Below the pieces are notes generated by a model, which was given only the letters and a program-made list of their open reading frames with translations, was not told where the DNA came from and ran no database searches. DNA of 63,562 nt, counting the filler, from Stramenopiles sp. TOSAG23-6 (lineage: Eukaryota): NCBI GenBank assembly GCA_900128565.1. It is 6 parts of 6 records of this genome, joined end to end, with 100 filler letters (N's around TTAATTAATTAA, not from the genome) between each part and the next. Parts side by side here need not be neighbours in the genome. Positions count along the whole stretch, not along the records: positions 31,913 to 42,398 come from LT636307.1; positions 42,499 to 52,983 come from LT636308.1; 4 more parts are not named here. One strand, written 5' to 3'. Made by a program: the position numbers and the translations under genes. Positions 38,947 to 52,290 of this stretch are shown here, piece after piece; positions within the stretch are counted from its first letter, which is position 1, and every line of letters starts with the position of its first letter.

Positions 38947-39196
38947 CTATACACTACGCAAACTATTTAATTCTTTTGTCATAGCTTCAACCTTCTTTTC
39001 ATGAAGCCTGTCCCAAAATAAAGTTGAGACTCCAGCACCAACTAATATTCCACGAGTGTAGGCACTCCAGGGGAATGGTTTGGTAACTTTCTTGATAGCA
39101 ACTGTATGTGATGATACTTTCGTTGAAAAATTCGTCTTATAAAGAATAGACAACGTTTCAAAACGGTGGAGATTATGGCGGATATATAAACCATAC
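38947..39196 (-). CDS. Small hypothetical protein
   Basis: Short ORF (MYGLYIR...) with one hydrophobic segment. Weak support. Confidence 0.35.
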
Positions 39197-39458
39197 ATTA
39201 TTTCACATGGAATTTTGAATATAATACTGCTTTTTTGTTTGATAAAAAAATAGGTCGAAGTCACACAAAGGTAGTTGGCGTGTTGTCACTGTTGTGTCAA
39301 CTTGACCAGTGGACACGTGTCAGAATTTGGCCGCATTTTTTGATTTTTGAATTTTTGATTGGCTGTCAAAAAACTGTTCTTGTTTAACAAGGCAATTTCT
39401 TCGTATAGCCAAACAATTCATAACTATTTCTTTCTTATTATTTAACAAAGACGAAAAC

Positions 39459-40217
39459 ATGGCAAACATTGCAGAAATTTGCGAACAAGCATATTTGGCT
39501 TTCAGAACTGATGGCAAGGAAGGCCTTCCACTCGACCAGTACTGGCACGAAGATGCTGTAATGACTCCAATGTTTGAAGTCGCTGGTTGGAAAGCGGTCA
39601 AAGGTCGAGAAGCTATCCTTCAACAGCTGGCAAACACCAAAAATTTTCCTGGTCTTAAAGGTTTCCAGGTAATGCCTACAAAATTCGATGTGGTTGGAAA
39701 CGCCGTCTACGTTCATGAGGATGTCAAAACTGATCACGCTGGATCGTTTAAGGGTTTGGCTATCCACGAGTTTGACACAAATGGGAAATGCGTCAAAGTG
39801 ACACCAATCCACGATTCGTTCAAGATGACCTATAAGGAGAATGGAGAAGACCTCATTGCAAAGATGCGCCTTGGTTACGAATACTTTGGAAATGGAGACG
39901 TTGAGAACCTCTCCAAAATGTTTACACCAGACGCGTCCATGACACCTCAATTTCCTGTCAAAGGTTGGGAAACAGCATCCGGCTTCCACCCTTTCATGCA
40001 GCAATTCGCTGCCATGGAAAAGTACCCTCAATTAAAAGGCTTCAAACCAACACCATATGACATGAAGCGTTGCGGAAATACGGTATTTGTCTATGAGGAT
40101 GTCGTCACTGAAAAATGCTCATTTAAAGGCTTGGCGGTCTTTTCTTTCAACGATCAAGGTTTGGTCTACAATTGCACTCCCTACCATAACTCAAAGATGC
40201 TTAGCTCAAACAACTAA
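39459..40217 (+). CDS. Tandem SnoaL/NTF2-like domain protein
   Basis: Two internal ~120-aa repeats (DAVMTP.F.VAGW...GNAVYVHEDV.T...SFKGLA / DASMTP.F.VKGW...GNTVFVYEDV.T...SFKGLA). Confidence 0.75.
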   Translation: MANIAEICEQAYLAFRTDGKEGLPLDQYWHEDAVMTPMFEVAGWKAVKGREAILQQLANTKNFPGLKGFQVMPTKFDVVGNAVYVHEDVKTDHAGSFKGLAIHEFDTNGKCVKVTPIHDSFKMTYKENGEDLIAKMRLGYEYFGNGDVENLSKMFTPDASMTPQFPVKGWETASGFHPFMQQFAAMEKYPQLKGFKPTPYDMKRCGNTVFVYEDVVTEKCSFKGLAVFSFNDQGLVYNCTPYHNSKMLSSNN

Positions 40218-40362
40218 ACTCACAAAAACATTTTTAAAGCATGAGCGTTTGATTTAGCATTTAAAATAAAAACGACTAAAAAAAATTACTCATTCAACTT
40301 TTACTTGTAATATGGTTTTCAATTTATATTTATTTACTAATATTTAGTACATTTCTTCTCCC

Positions 40363-42398
40363 TCAAACAAATGAGATTATACGATATTTTGGAATTCGAA
40401 GAAAGTCAAAAATTAACTGAAGTTCATCCCGACCAACTACATATTGTTGTCTTCGAGCTTCAAAGTCTATCGATTCTTCTTTGCTTCTCGCCATCTGGTC
40501 GACCACGCTGCATAATGCTAATCGTATTGAAATGTCTATAGGCTCAAAAGAAATCAATTGCCGTAGTCTTAATGGAGGATGTACAATTGATGTGTCATTT
40601 AAGTGTGCTAAAGAGTGATCGTCTTCAAGAATAGGATCAAAACCTAAAGGTAGTGGCCAAGTAGATATGACATCATTTGTTGTAAGTTGAAGGGATACTA
40701 AGTTGTCATTAATATATAAAGAGTCATTTCTATTTCTATTAGTTTGCATCAATTTTCGTCTCTTATTATTCTGACTGATAGCATCCAGTAAGGACACGGC
40801 CCCATTGTTTCCAATATGGTTTTTTTCAATATTAAGTCTTGTCAAAGAACACCCAGTTTCTGATGTCAGCGCAGCTGAAATCGCATTACATCCATCAAAC
40901 CCGATAAGATTACCTTTTAAATTAAGATCAGTGATAGGATATCTACCACGAAGTAAAGGCTGAGTAGATTTAATATCATATTTTGCTCGCTTTTGGTTTC
41001 TCCAAGTTGATATGATCATTCGTGCAGTCAGTGTGAGGGGAACAATCCCACTCGCCAATTCTTCATCAAGTAACCATTCCGCCCCAATTGACATTCTTTT
41101 CTCTTTTGATATGCGCTCTCGACGGATGGAATAGGAATCATTATGTGTTTTGTTTTTTAGATTTACATCTGATATATTTGAAAATGTAGTTTTTGATACA
41201 TTCCGAATCGCTTTACTTAATTCGATCGCTCCTACTTTACCAATTTTACAACATTCCAAATTTAAGCCTAAAATCACACCTAGTTGTATAGGAACTGATA
41301 ATGCCACAATTCCTTGAACTCCTATTGTGTTGAATGCAACACTGAGCTGTAAAGGAGAACTATTCCGTGAATTTCTCCGTGATAGACACTTACTAAGCTT
41401 ATGTATTCCAACAGAAGTTATGTAGTTTTCACTTACATCCAAATGCGACAAATTATTAGCAACCCTAATCGCAGGTAAGAGTTCAATAATGCCTTTATCG
41501 CCAAGGCCACAATGAGCTAATGTTAAATGCCGCAAACAACTTTCCGACGTTCCCAGTGCAAATTGCGACAGTTCTTTAGCACCAACTGGGCCAATTCTAT
41601 TAAAACTTAAATCAATTCGCATTATCCTTGCCCCTTTGCTTACTGCTAATCCAAGTATTTTCATATGATATTCCCCAAGTCCATTTTGATCTAATATTAA
41701 TGTTTCTAGTTTTTTATTTCCATTTTTAGTATTCTGTGATGGACGTGTCAGATTGCATAAAGATTTAAATGCCTGTATACCAGAAGAACCATTAAATGAT
41801 GATACTTTTCCTAAATTAAGGACCCTAAGTGAAGAATGTCGAGATTTTTCATAGGATAACGCCAAACTCAGATGTTTAATACCTGAAGATCCTAACAAAT
41901 TTTCACGGAGTGATAATTCTTCAATTGGACATACTAATCCTCGTTCAGCGCATAAGAGACTTGCAATAATTTGAGTATGTTCGGAACGTAATCCAGTTTT
42001 CCCCAAAGAAAGATATCTAACTTTCTGTTCATTGCTTTGACGTGGTTTAACTGAACTTTCCGCGAAACACATAATACCTCTCATTTTTTCCATAAATAAC
42101 TCAGGAAATATCGCGTCAACACCGATAGAACTACCGCTTAAATTAATCACAAAGGGATTTTTTAAGCGGCTTAGTACTTTAATCTCACTCAATGGAGCCT
42201 TCCATCTGAGTACTCGACAATCTAGCAAAGCTTTTTCATCTGGGTTTTCTTGATAAAATACTTCCTCTGGAGACACAAACTTGTTACTTGTTAATGGAAA
42301 CTCGGTATTATTTATGTACCTCCCTACAAGACACGCTGAAGGAATACCTGCATGAAGAACGAGTGACGAAAAGGGCTCACTATTTAATTGAGTTTCAT
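40363..42398 (-). CDS. RNI-like leucine-rich repeat protein, 5' partial
   Basis: Repeated LxLxxNxIGxxG motifs; the frame stays open to the contig edge. Confidence 0.85.
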
Positions 42399-42498
42399 NN
42401 NNNNNNNNNNNNNNNNNNNNNNNNNNNNNNNNNNNNNNNNNNTTAATTAATTAANNNNNNNNNNNNNNNNNNNNNNNNNNNNNNNNNNNNNNNNNNNN
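42399..42498. other. Artificial contig linker
   Basis: N-TTAATTAATTAA-N. Confidence 0.97.
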
Positions 42499-42813
42499 TA
42501 TGAATATTATTATAACACAAATACAGGTGAAAGTGTTTGGACTTTACCAATGCCATTAGTAAAGAATATTGAAAACCCTAACCCTAATAACACAGGAAAT
42601 CCTAACCCTAAGGAAAACAAAACACAATTGACAAGAATGATTAATGATGCTAGTAGTATTACATCAAAAACAAATAGTTTGAAATTCCATAAAAAAATAC
42701 CAACCCCTCCATTGAAAAATAATGATACAAATAATTTGAATACATTACATACATTACCTCCACCTCCACCAAAGAATGAAAAACAACTTCAATTACTCTG
42801 GCAAGAATGCTAA
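42499..42813 (+). CDS. 3' end of a WW-domain protein
   Basis: YEYYYNTNTGESVWTLP from the contig edge, then a Pro-rich tail. Confidence 0.6.
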   Translation, partial: YEYYYNTNTGESVWTLPMPLVKNIENPNPNNTGNPNPKENKTQLTRMINDASSITSKTNSLKFHKKIPTPPLKNNDTNNLNTLHTLPPPPPKNEKQLQLLWQEC

Positions 42814-42875
42814 ACGAAATACAACACGAAAACTTCAATTACTCTGGCAAAAATGATGCGCGGCACTCGGCACTC

Positions 42876-42893
42876 TTAGGGTTAGGGTTAGGG
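42876..42893 (+). repeat. (TTAGGG)3 interstitial telomere-type repeat
   Basis: TTAGGGTTAGGGTTAGGG in an intergenic position. Confidence 0.85.
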
Positions 42894-43137
42894 TTTTAAT
42901 AAAATATTAATAATAATAATCTAGAAAAAACAGGATACGCGTATCCGTATCCAAAACAAAGGTATATTCAAAAGTAGTGTACCATCTTTCGTAAAAGAAC
43001 AAACTATATAAGTACATAACGGGAAAACACAAAGTGATCTACACCTTCTTCAAAACGACTTAATAATAATTAATAATAAAGAATATATAAACACATTCTT
43101 TATTCAAAGATACTACAAGAACCAGCGAAAATAAATA

Positions 43138-46100
43138 ATGACGACCACATCCGAAACTCCACTGTTGCGAGGGAACTCGAGTGTGAGTAAGAAGAAGCCA
43201 TTCTGGACAAAACAAAAAGTAATCATACTTGTAGTCTTTCTAGTGGTTGCAATATCTCTTGGTATTTTAATTCCATTGGTCTTCCTACGTTCAAAAAGTT
43301 CAAGTATTACCTTCACTGAGAGTTTTACGATCGTTGGAACATATGATCAAAACAAAGAATACTTGGAGGAAAAGAAAAAAATTCTAACTGTGGTAGAAAA
43401 GAAAGGGGGCAAAATTGTGAATGGAGTTAATGGTATTATAGCGTCAGATGGTTCTATTAAATTTACGTTTGTGATTGAGATCAGCAAAAAGAAAGACAAA
43501 AGTAAACTCAAAGAAGAGATTAAGCAGGAACTGGTTAGAGTAGTGCATGGCGGTGGTGTTGGAGATGTTGGTGGCAATGGTGGTGGTGGAGAAGAGATTA
43601 ATCAGGAACTGATTAGAGTAGTGCATGGCGGTGGTGTTAGTGATGTTGGTGGCAATGGTGGTGGTGGCAATGGTGGTGGCAATGGTGGTGGTGGTGGTGG
43701 CAATGATGGTGGTGGTGGTGGTGGTAGCGGTAGCAATGGTGGCGGTGGCAATGGTGGCGGTGCTGCTGCTGGTGCAGCACCAACACCAGCACAAGCAAAC
43801 GCAGAAGCAGATGCAAAAGCAGCAGAAGCAAACGCAGAAGTAGCAGCAAAAGCTGAGGNAGACGCAAAAGCAGCAGCAGAAGCACAAGAACAAGCAAATG
43901 CAGCAGCAACTGCAGAAGCACAAGCTGAAGCAGCAGAAGAAGCAAAAGCAGCAGCAGAAGCAAAAGCAGCAGAAGAAGCAAAAGCAGAAGCAGTGGCAGA
44001 ACCAAAAGCAGTGGCAGAAGCAGAAGTAGCGGCAGCAGAACAAGCTTTATTGGCAGCAAAAGCAGCAGAACAAGCAAAAGCAGCAGAACAAGCAAAAGTA
44101 GTGGCAGAAGCAGTGGCAGAAGCAGAAGAAGCACAAGCTTTAGCGGCAACAGAAGCAGAAGCAGAAGAAGCAAAAGCAGTGGCAAAAGCAGTGGTAGAAG
44201 CAGAAGTAGCAGTAAGCATTCAAGCTGCTCAACGTGGTCGTCAAGCAAGAGCAGAACAAGAACAACAACGACAAGCTGCTACAGTTATTCAAACTGTTGC
44301 CCGTGCTAATGCAGTTAGAGAACAAAAACGACAACATGATGCTGCTACACTCATTAATAATGCTGCTACAACTATTCAGACTGATGTACGTCGTCGTCAA
44401 GCAACAGCTTCAGTTCAACAAATGCAACAACAGAAAGCAAAAGCAAAAGCAGCAGAAGAAGCAAAAGCAGAAGCAGTGGCAGAACCAAAAGCACTGGCAG
44501 AAGCAGTGGCAGAAGAAGTAGCGGCAGCAGAACAAGCTTTATTGGCAGCAAAAGCAGCAGCAGAAGCAAAAGCAGCAGAAGAAGCAAAAACAGCACAAGC
44601 AAAAGCAGTGGCAAAAGCAGCACAAGCAAAAGCAACAGAAGAAGCAAAAGAAGCAAAAGCAGCAGCAGCAGTACGCATTCAAGCTATGTATCGTGGAGAT
44701 GTAGGAAGACGCAGAGCAGCAAAAAAAGCAGAAGAAGAAGCAGCAGCAGAAACACAACGACAAAATGATGCTGCTGCTACAAAACTTCAAGCTTTTCAAC
44801 GTGGCCGTAGTGCAAGAGCAACAGCAAAAGAAGCAGAAGAAGCAGCAGTACGCATTCAAGCTAAGTATCGTGAACACCTAGAAAGACGCGCAGCAAAAGA
44901 AGCAGAAGAAGAAGCAGCAGCAGAAGAACAAGCACAAGCTTTATCGGCAGCAGAAGAAGCAAAAGCCGCAGAAGAAGCAAAAGCAGAATATTTGAAAGTT
45001 CAAATGAGTGTTCTTCGTGAAATGTGTGGAGAATTTAAAGATGAAGACTATTGTAAGGAAGACGACGAATTTGCAATTGAAAAAAACACAATCGGTGAAA
45101 AATGTGAGTACACATGTGATAAGATAAACATTATATTGTTGAGATTAAACCCAGCGAACAAACTAAAAGAATTGCCCATTTCTATTGGTCAACTGAAAAA
45201 TCTTAAAACACTCGATGTACAAAATAATCAACTAACAACTATACCTGATTCTATTGGTAAACTGAAAAATCTTGAAAGACTCGATGTATCAAATAATCAA
45301 CTGACGACTATACCTGATTCTATTGGTAAACTGAAAAATCTTGAAACACTCGATGTATCAAATAATCAACTAACAACTATACCTGATTCTATTGGTGAAC
45401 TGATAAATCTTGATATTCTCGATGTATCAAATAATCAACTGGAAACTATACCTGGTTCTATTGGTGAACTGAAAAGTCTTACATTTTTTTCTGTTGATGG
45501 TAAAATATCAAATCTAAAAGACATTGTAGAGAAACGGAGAAGACTAAATTTGAATAAAACCTTCATATTTGAAGGTACACTGAAATTTACATCCATTGAA
45601 TCATATGAATTACAAAAGTATTTGACTCAAATAAATAAAGAAAACGGTGAAGTCTCAATTGAAACTTTGGAAAAATTTGGAACCACAGTAAAAACTGGTG
45701 TTTGTGATGACGAATTGACCATAGAAGGAACGTTAATGACAGGCTCTGCTTTTGATCTAGTTTTCCCTGACGAAAGAAAAGAACCAGACGCTTATTATCC
45801 TTTATCTATAACAATAACAAGTAAGAGCAACCCCGCCGAGAAAAAAAAAAATGCATTAATATTATTCACTTCAAAGGATGATTCTGGGGCTTTTGGAAGT
45901 TATTTCAAAACTTATAACGGGGTTGTATCATTGTCAACTTGTAGTATGTGGAAATGTCTTGCAAAGAATCATAATATTGTTATCAAAAGTGCTCTGTCAA
46001 TAAAGCAAATGACGCAAGAGGTTCAAAAAAAAAAGCTTGATTACTTGCGAATTTCCGCACATGTACGTTTTCATGATGATTTCCAATTTTGTTTTTTCAA

Positions 46101-47276
46101 AAACTTCCGTATCTAACAATGTGTTGTTTGTTTGACATATGTTTTCACTGACATGGTAATTACGGTGGAATTCAAATGAATGAAAATCTAATATTGGGAT
46201 TAGATTATTCTAAGGAGACTGAAGATTTTTGGGAAGCTGTACAAAACAACCTAAATTCTGATGGTGTTATCTATCTTCATGCATGTTTAACTGCATCAAA
46301 CAGCACAGAAAGGCAAGAAAAGGAATTGGAGACCGCAAACATGGATTATTTTGAGAGGACCATTTCATTTGAAGATGCAATAAATGAGGATGCACATCCC
46401 ATTGATTTTGCTACGTATGTCCGACGAAAATTACCAGGGAAACATGTATTTGCTAATGTAACTGAAGCACATAATAGAGATGATGAAGTTATTGACACAA
46501 GAAATAATCCACAATGTCTTCCTGGAAATGGTCAATATGGCTATGGTGATGAAAAATTTGGGATGAAGGAGACTATATCATACCATGGAAAGACACGAAT
46601 TCCAATATGTTCAGTAGCAGATAAACAAAATGAAGAAGGACGAAAAACAAGTGGTTATTTATGCTTTGGCGAATGTGTATCTTGGGTTGGAAACGACACC
46701 GCCAAGCAGAAGTCAGTGGAGGAAGCTTGTGGAGCACCGGCAAACGAAGCGGGGCACACGTCTGCGTCAACGACCGGCGCTGGGGCCCAATCAAGGGTGC
46801 ATCATGAACCATTGGTCGTTAAGAAAAAATACCAAACACATCCACTGGGTAGTTGTAAACTAACAAATGATTCACTTTGGACTACAATTCAAAACTGCAA
46901 CCACGTCGCCCTCTACGCTGCCCACTACGCTGAATCTAAATTTGAGGAAAACATACAAAAACTAACTTTGCTATCTTCGGGTGGAATAACAGAGGAGTTG
47001 CGAAAAATTACAGAAGATTACATCAAATGTGCAAGAGAAGCATTCAATTCTGGTAATGATCAAGATAATCAAGGTAAATGCTTTACAAAAGTTAGAACTA
47101 ATTATCATAATTATGACCGTAAAGAAAATATTAAAACGAAAATGTTCCGCCCAGTTTGTCATTTCAATGAAGAAAAAATAATACAGTTGCAAAGAAATCG
47201 AAAGAAACGCAAAGAGAAACGGATATATGCTCCACTCCAAAATCGAAGCGAAAAGATAACTTTTGAGAATTTATAG
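43138..47276 (+). CDS. Membrane-anchored protein with Gly-rich, Ala/Glu/Lys-rich, IQ-like, LRR and DUF4347/clan-CD-like domains
   Basis: N-terminal TM; IQ-like motifs (RIQAMYRGDVGR, KLQAFQRGRSAR); 23-aa LRRs (LDVSNNQLTTIPDSIGKLKNL); spliced LRISAH-G...VIYLHACLTA. GT-AT intron 46063-46154. Confidence 0.8.
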
Positions 47277-50200
47277 AAACTGAAAAGTTAACTTTTCAAA
47301 TCCTCCAAAAGATAACTTTTCACCTTCTGACGCCTTCGGCGCCAAAAGTTACCTTTTGACCAGCATACGACGAATATAATACTACCTGTAATATTAATAG
47401 CATTCGGTACCACTCTAGCTGTGGCAAGCATTGTTCGTATTCTATTAATAAATATCAATATATGTGTCATTAATGGAACTTAGCTTGTGTTATTGCAATG
47501 TACACAGTGGATACAAGCAACTGAAATATATATTGTAGTGTGTATACCTGAAAATACATTGTACACACCGAGCTTCACTACTCCGTTGTCGTGGCAATTG
47601 GAGTAATTATAGCTGTTTTAACTAGCTGTTGCTTCTCAACAGCTAGTGACTGAGAAAGGAAATATGTAGTACATATACTGGCTTCATCGATACATATTAA
47701 GCTGTTGCTACTATAAACAATAAAATATCTTGTGGAAATCTCAAAAAGAACAAGACAAAAAGTCAAGTTGTGTCGTCTCTGATATCGCTGATATCAAGTG
47801 ACAAACACTTCAAGATTTCCTGAAAAAAATTGAAAAACACCCCTAAGATACAATAATTGGTAAAAGATTATTCTTCTTATGCTTCTTATAGTTTATATCA
47901 GATATCAAAAATATATACTTTCTACACTCTAGAAATAATTTTCTTCAACTATATTTTTTCATTATAATTCCGAATGATCTTGTAAAAGTCAACAAAATAT
48001 GAAAATCTGTTTTTTAACATATTATGAAGATCAGAACAATCAAATCGCACATTGGTAGTATCATATCTATACATGTCAATCGATTCCAATGCAAAATTTA
48101 CGGATTAAAACTTTTATTTTCAAAAATTGAACGTAAAAGATTCTTAAATTGTAGTGATTATTTTGCAATTTCTCCCAAAAATGGAGACCCCCTCAAGTGT
48201 AAATGGTAATAATAAAATATAATTCAATAGACCAGTTACTTTATTTACACCAAAAACATTTCGTTGTGTTTGTATACTAATCATATTTCTATTGAAATAA
48301 GATGAATCTTTAATATTTTTATATTTTGTTTAGTTCAAAAATAGAAATGAGCTGTTGAATTTACAACACCTAATTGACACAAAATGCCAACAAAATACAA
48401 AAAATGATTTTCAAATTAATTGAAACACTTGAAAAAGATAAAATACAGATGTATATACACTATAGCACATATATCAATTAATACCAATGCCAAATTTAAT
48501 GAGGAAAATATTTTTCTCCAAGATATGAACTGAAATGAATTGAAAATTATTGCAATTGTTGTGCAATCTTCAATCGTAAGGCTGAATCTTTTATAATAAA
48601 ATGCTAAAAAAAATATAATCCGTCTGAATAACTCTCAATATTCGACCACAAATCGAGAATACACAACTATATATAGTATGATTGTATTTGTCAGCTTTAT
48701 ATCTATAATATTTTTATATATACTAATACTTACAAATAAAAGTTATCCATTAGAACCTTTCAAGTATTCTCAATAATATCCTGTAGTGAATTAATGAGCT
48801 AATTCACAAAAAAATGCTCAGACAAGAGGAAGTTGTTAAAATTGTTGACAACGCATATCCTAGTTCTACATACATAGATAAAGCAATAGAGCCATCAAGT
48901 AGCTTCAAACTCCTAAAACTTTTCTAGAAATTAGCTGTTATAGTTTAGAAATATTTTAGGTGCCTTTTTGGTGATGATTCAGCATCGATAAATGAAGAGA
49001 AAAATACTGTAAGATAAAATATTGTTTAAAAGTTCAAAAAATGATGTGTATATATATTCTTTGTCACATAATACTTTTATTAAATCATTGATTTTTGGAG
49101 AAATATTTTTGAAAAATATATTTTTTTGTGAATATCGTATGCTCATGAGCCGCGATTAATTACCCAAAATTGGCGAAATGGAAAACAATCCTGACCAGAT
49201 ATTACATTTTTATGCATTTAAAATGAATAAACATCATCATTTGCATATTGATGTCATTAAAAACAACATTGTTTGGGTATTTTGGGGGTCTCTATAAATC
49301 TTTAGCGGGAAATTCTAATTTTTATGGGTATTACAAGTCACTCAATGCAATTAACAAAAACTGCATCACAATTGTACAATTATCCTACATTTATGCATTT
49401 TGGAGAAACAAGATAATGTTTTTTTCAAAATTTTGAAAGTTGACACATACGTATATTCTTTGTCACATAATACTTCTATTAAAGCACCGATTTTTGGATA
49501 AATAGCTTTGGAAAATATACTTTTTTCGTGAATATCATATGCTCATGAGCCGCGATTAATTACCCAAAACAGGTACGTTGGACAGTTGGAATACCCATAA
49601 AAAAATGAGAATTTCACGCTAAATAGTTATAGAAGAAACCAAAAATACGTAACTATAGTTGTTTCCAATGACTTAAATATGCAAATGATAATATTTATTC
49701 CTTTCAAATACATCAAAATACAATATCTGGTCAGGATTGTTTTCCATTTCGCCAATTTTGCAATTAGCAAAAACTGAATCATTTTGGAAAAATTACTCCG
49801 CACAACTCACTTTTAACTGTAGCAGCTAGTAGTAATTAGCATGTGTCGCTACAAGATAAGTTGTGTAATTGATAACAAATACGAGCGACTACTATTTTTG
49901 TAACAGCAAGAGTGTAGCTACGTATAATGCTTTGACACCGCGTCAGATTCCATAGCTCTCAGTGATATTTACGCATTTATTGCTGAATATACAGCCAAGT
50001 AAAGTCAAAAGGAAAGCAGTTGAATACGGTTGGAGCATGCGATTGCTCCTTATTATTGCGAAGCAGTAATATCATAAAAAAGCGTTTACGTAGCATAGGT
50101 TTTGAAACTTTTGAGTTTTGACAAACAATATCATAGAATGGTTTCGTGAAGAGAAAGAAAGTGTTAGGTTTTGACAGAAGAAGTTAGTTTGAAATTGTCA

Positions 50201-50475
50201 CATAGTTTAATACGTTTGGTTGAAATCATCCTACATTGCTCATTCTTGCGTTTCCGTTTCCGTGGCATGCTCATTGGACAAGTAAATAGAATATTCGTAC
50301 TACAATTAAATAGAATATTCGTCGCGTATGCTGGTCAAAAGGTAACTTTTGGCGCCGAAGGCGTCAGAAGAAGGTGAAAAGTTATCTTTTGGAGGATTTG
50401 AAAAGTTAACTTTTCAGTTTCTATAAATTCTCAAAAGTTATCTTTTCGCTTCGATTTTGGAGTGGAGCATATATC
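47222..50475. mobile_element. Non-autonomous TIR DNA transposon (3.25 kb, ~155-bp TIRs, 8-bp TSD)
   Basis: 47222-~47377 is the near-perfect reverse complement of ~50315-50475. GAGAAACG flanks both ends (47214-47221 and 50476-50483). No long ORF inside. Confidence 0.92.
49050..49760. repeat. Nested direct and inverted repeats inside the transposon
   Basis: ~115-bp direct repeat (~49052-49169 and ~49452-49569). An inverted pair begins CAAAATTGGCGAAATGGAAAACAATCCTGACCAGAT at 49165, with its reverse complement ending at 49760. Confidence 0.8.
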
Positions 50476-50696
50476 GAGAAACGTGTTTGACATTAATTGA
50501 TCAACTGAGTCTTCGAGAGCTTCCAATATAAACATAAAATGTTGAATTAAAAGAATAAAGTTCTTAAAAATTATTTTGGTGGTACAAAACTGCTTTGATG
50601 AAAAAAAAATGAATCTCGGCGCAGCGCTCTTGCTCCTCCACCACCACAGTCCACCTAAAAAGTTACAAAGCGCAGAACTTTGACATAATCTTTCCA

Positions 50697-52290
50697 ATGA
50701 TCATTTCACTTGTTATATTATCTCTACTGAGCAATCAATATCATCATGGACTCATCATTGTTGTTGCAAGCTCAGGAAATCATCTACAACATTCTGTTTG
50801 TATGGAATCTGATGATATGACGTGTGTAAATAAAAACCCAAATAATCCAAATAATCCAAATAGTTCAAATAGTGTAAATAGTGTATTCAATCAAAGTGAA
50901 CTCTCATCATCACATTCCTCAACATCAACGGATTCAATGAAATTCATGTATGATCCAATGAATGATAAAGTACTTGATGATATTATCATAAAACGAATAA
51001 GTATCTCTCCCAAAGTTTACACAGTTGACAACTTTGCTACAGAAGCAGAAATGAATGAATTATCTGATATCGAAGAGTATTGGTTAGATAAAGCGTCAAC
51101 TCATACGGGAACGACGTTTGAAATGCCTATTACCATGGACTATACACCAATGCGAATCGCTGCTCGAATGGAAGCGTTACTAAATTTAAATAATAGAGAT
51201 TCTACATATAATCCAATTACTTTACGTACAAGGCTTTCGAAAAAGGGGGATTTTTTTCCGCCACATTATGTTCGTTTTTTTTTGATAACCCTAACCCTAG
51301 GTATACTANTTATTTTTTCATACAAAATTTTCATACTAACAATTTTTTTTAGAATTTTTTTTTNGAANTTTTTTTTTTGTACCTAACAAATTTCAGATAT
51401 GATATATTTGTCTAACAAAACAGGATTGGTGGGAAACAACAGATCGAATAGAACCATCCAAGAAAGTTAATTTAATTGTAACTGCCATGTTAAATATGAA
51501 AACTACAAAGGAGGTATTTATTATTATTTTTTTTTCAAATTCTAAATTTTTTTTTTCATAGTAAATTTTGTACCTAACAATTTTTCAAAATTTTTTTGAA
51601 ATATTTTTCCAAAATATATGGTGGTGAGACAGTTTTTGTAAAGGCTCAACCAACACCAATTAAAATTCCACCGATTAGAGGTCAACTGGTACGTTTTTCT
51701 AAATTTTTCCTAGTTTTTTTCTATTTTTTTTNATATTTTTTTTTTTTTTTTTTGTTTTTGGTAGGAAATTTTGTACTTAACAACAAAAGACATTTTTTTT
51801 TAAATGAAATAGTTTTGATCATGAATTTAAAATGTATTATGTGCAATGTATTATGTACAATGTATTGTTTAATTTTTGTTTTGTATACTTTTTCTACATT
51901 GAAAAACTATCAAATGTTTACATTTTATCAAAAAAAAAAAAATTCAAATGTTTGAATTTTTTTTTCATACGAAATTTTGTACCTAACGATTTTTTTTTTT
52001 TTTTTTGTGAAATATTTTTTACAATAAATATTTTCTGGTGGAATTGTAATGAAAATGGAGATAAAGATTTATTTTCACAACATCGAGGTGAAATGATAAA
52101 AAAAGGTACAAAATTTACTACAACACAATTTTTTTATAGTTCTTTGGAAAATTGTAAAAAACAATCGGAGTTTTCGGAAATTTTCCGATGTATCCCCGAT
52201 GGAAAAACTCCGTGTGTTCCTCGAATTCAACTTGAACAGTATTGGCAAAAATCTCAANTTTTTNAANAAAAAANCGATNCANGNCTATGA
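50697..52290 (+). CDS. Prolyl 4-hydroxylase-like 2OG-Fe(II) dioxygenase; 3' end uncertain
   Basis: Signal peptide; ISISPKVYTVDNFATEAE; spliced PPHY-D (intron 51270-51423); KE-GGETVF; SQHRG..IKKGTKFTTTQF. Confidence 0.8.

Noticed and set aside
43444-44877. Antisense and alternate-frame ORFs rich in C/F/L/V (also 16837-17118, 18740-18953, 20556-21093, 59379-59851)
   Set aside because: Shadow ORFs of low-complexity coding repeats.
47288-50377. Short ORFs inside the TIR element as a transposase
   Set aside because: All under 70 aa with no recognisable DDE or zinc-finger motif.
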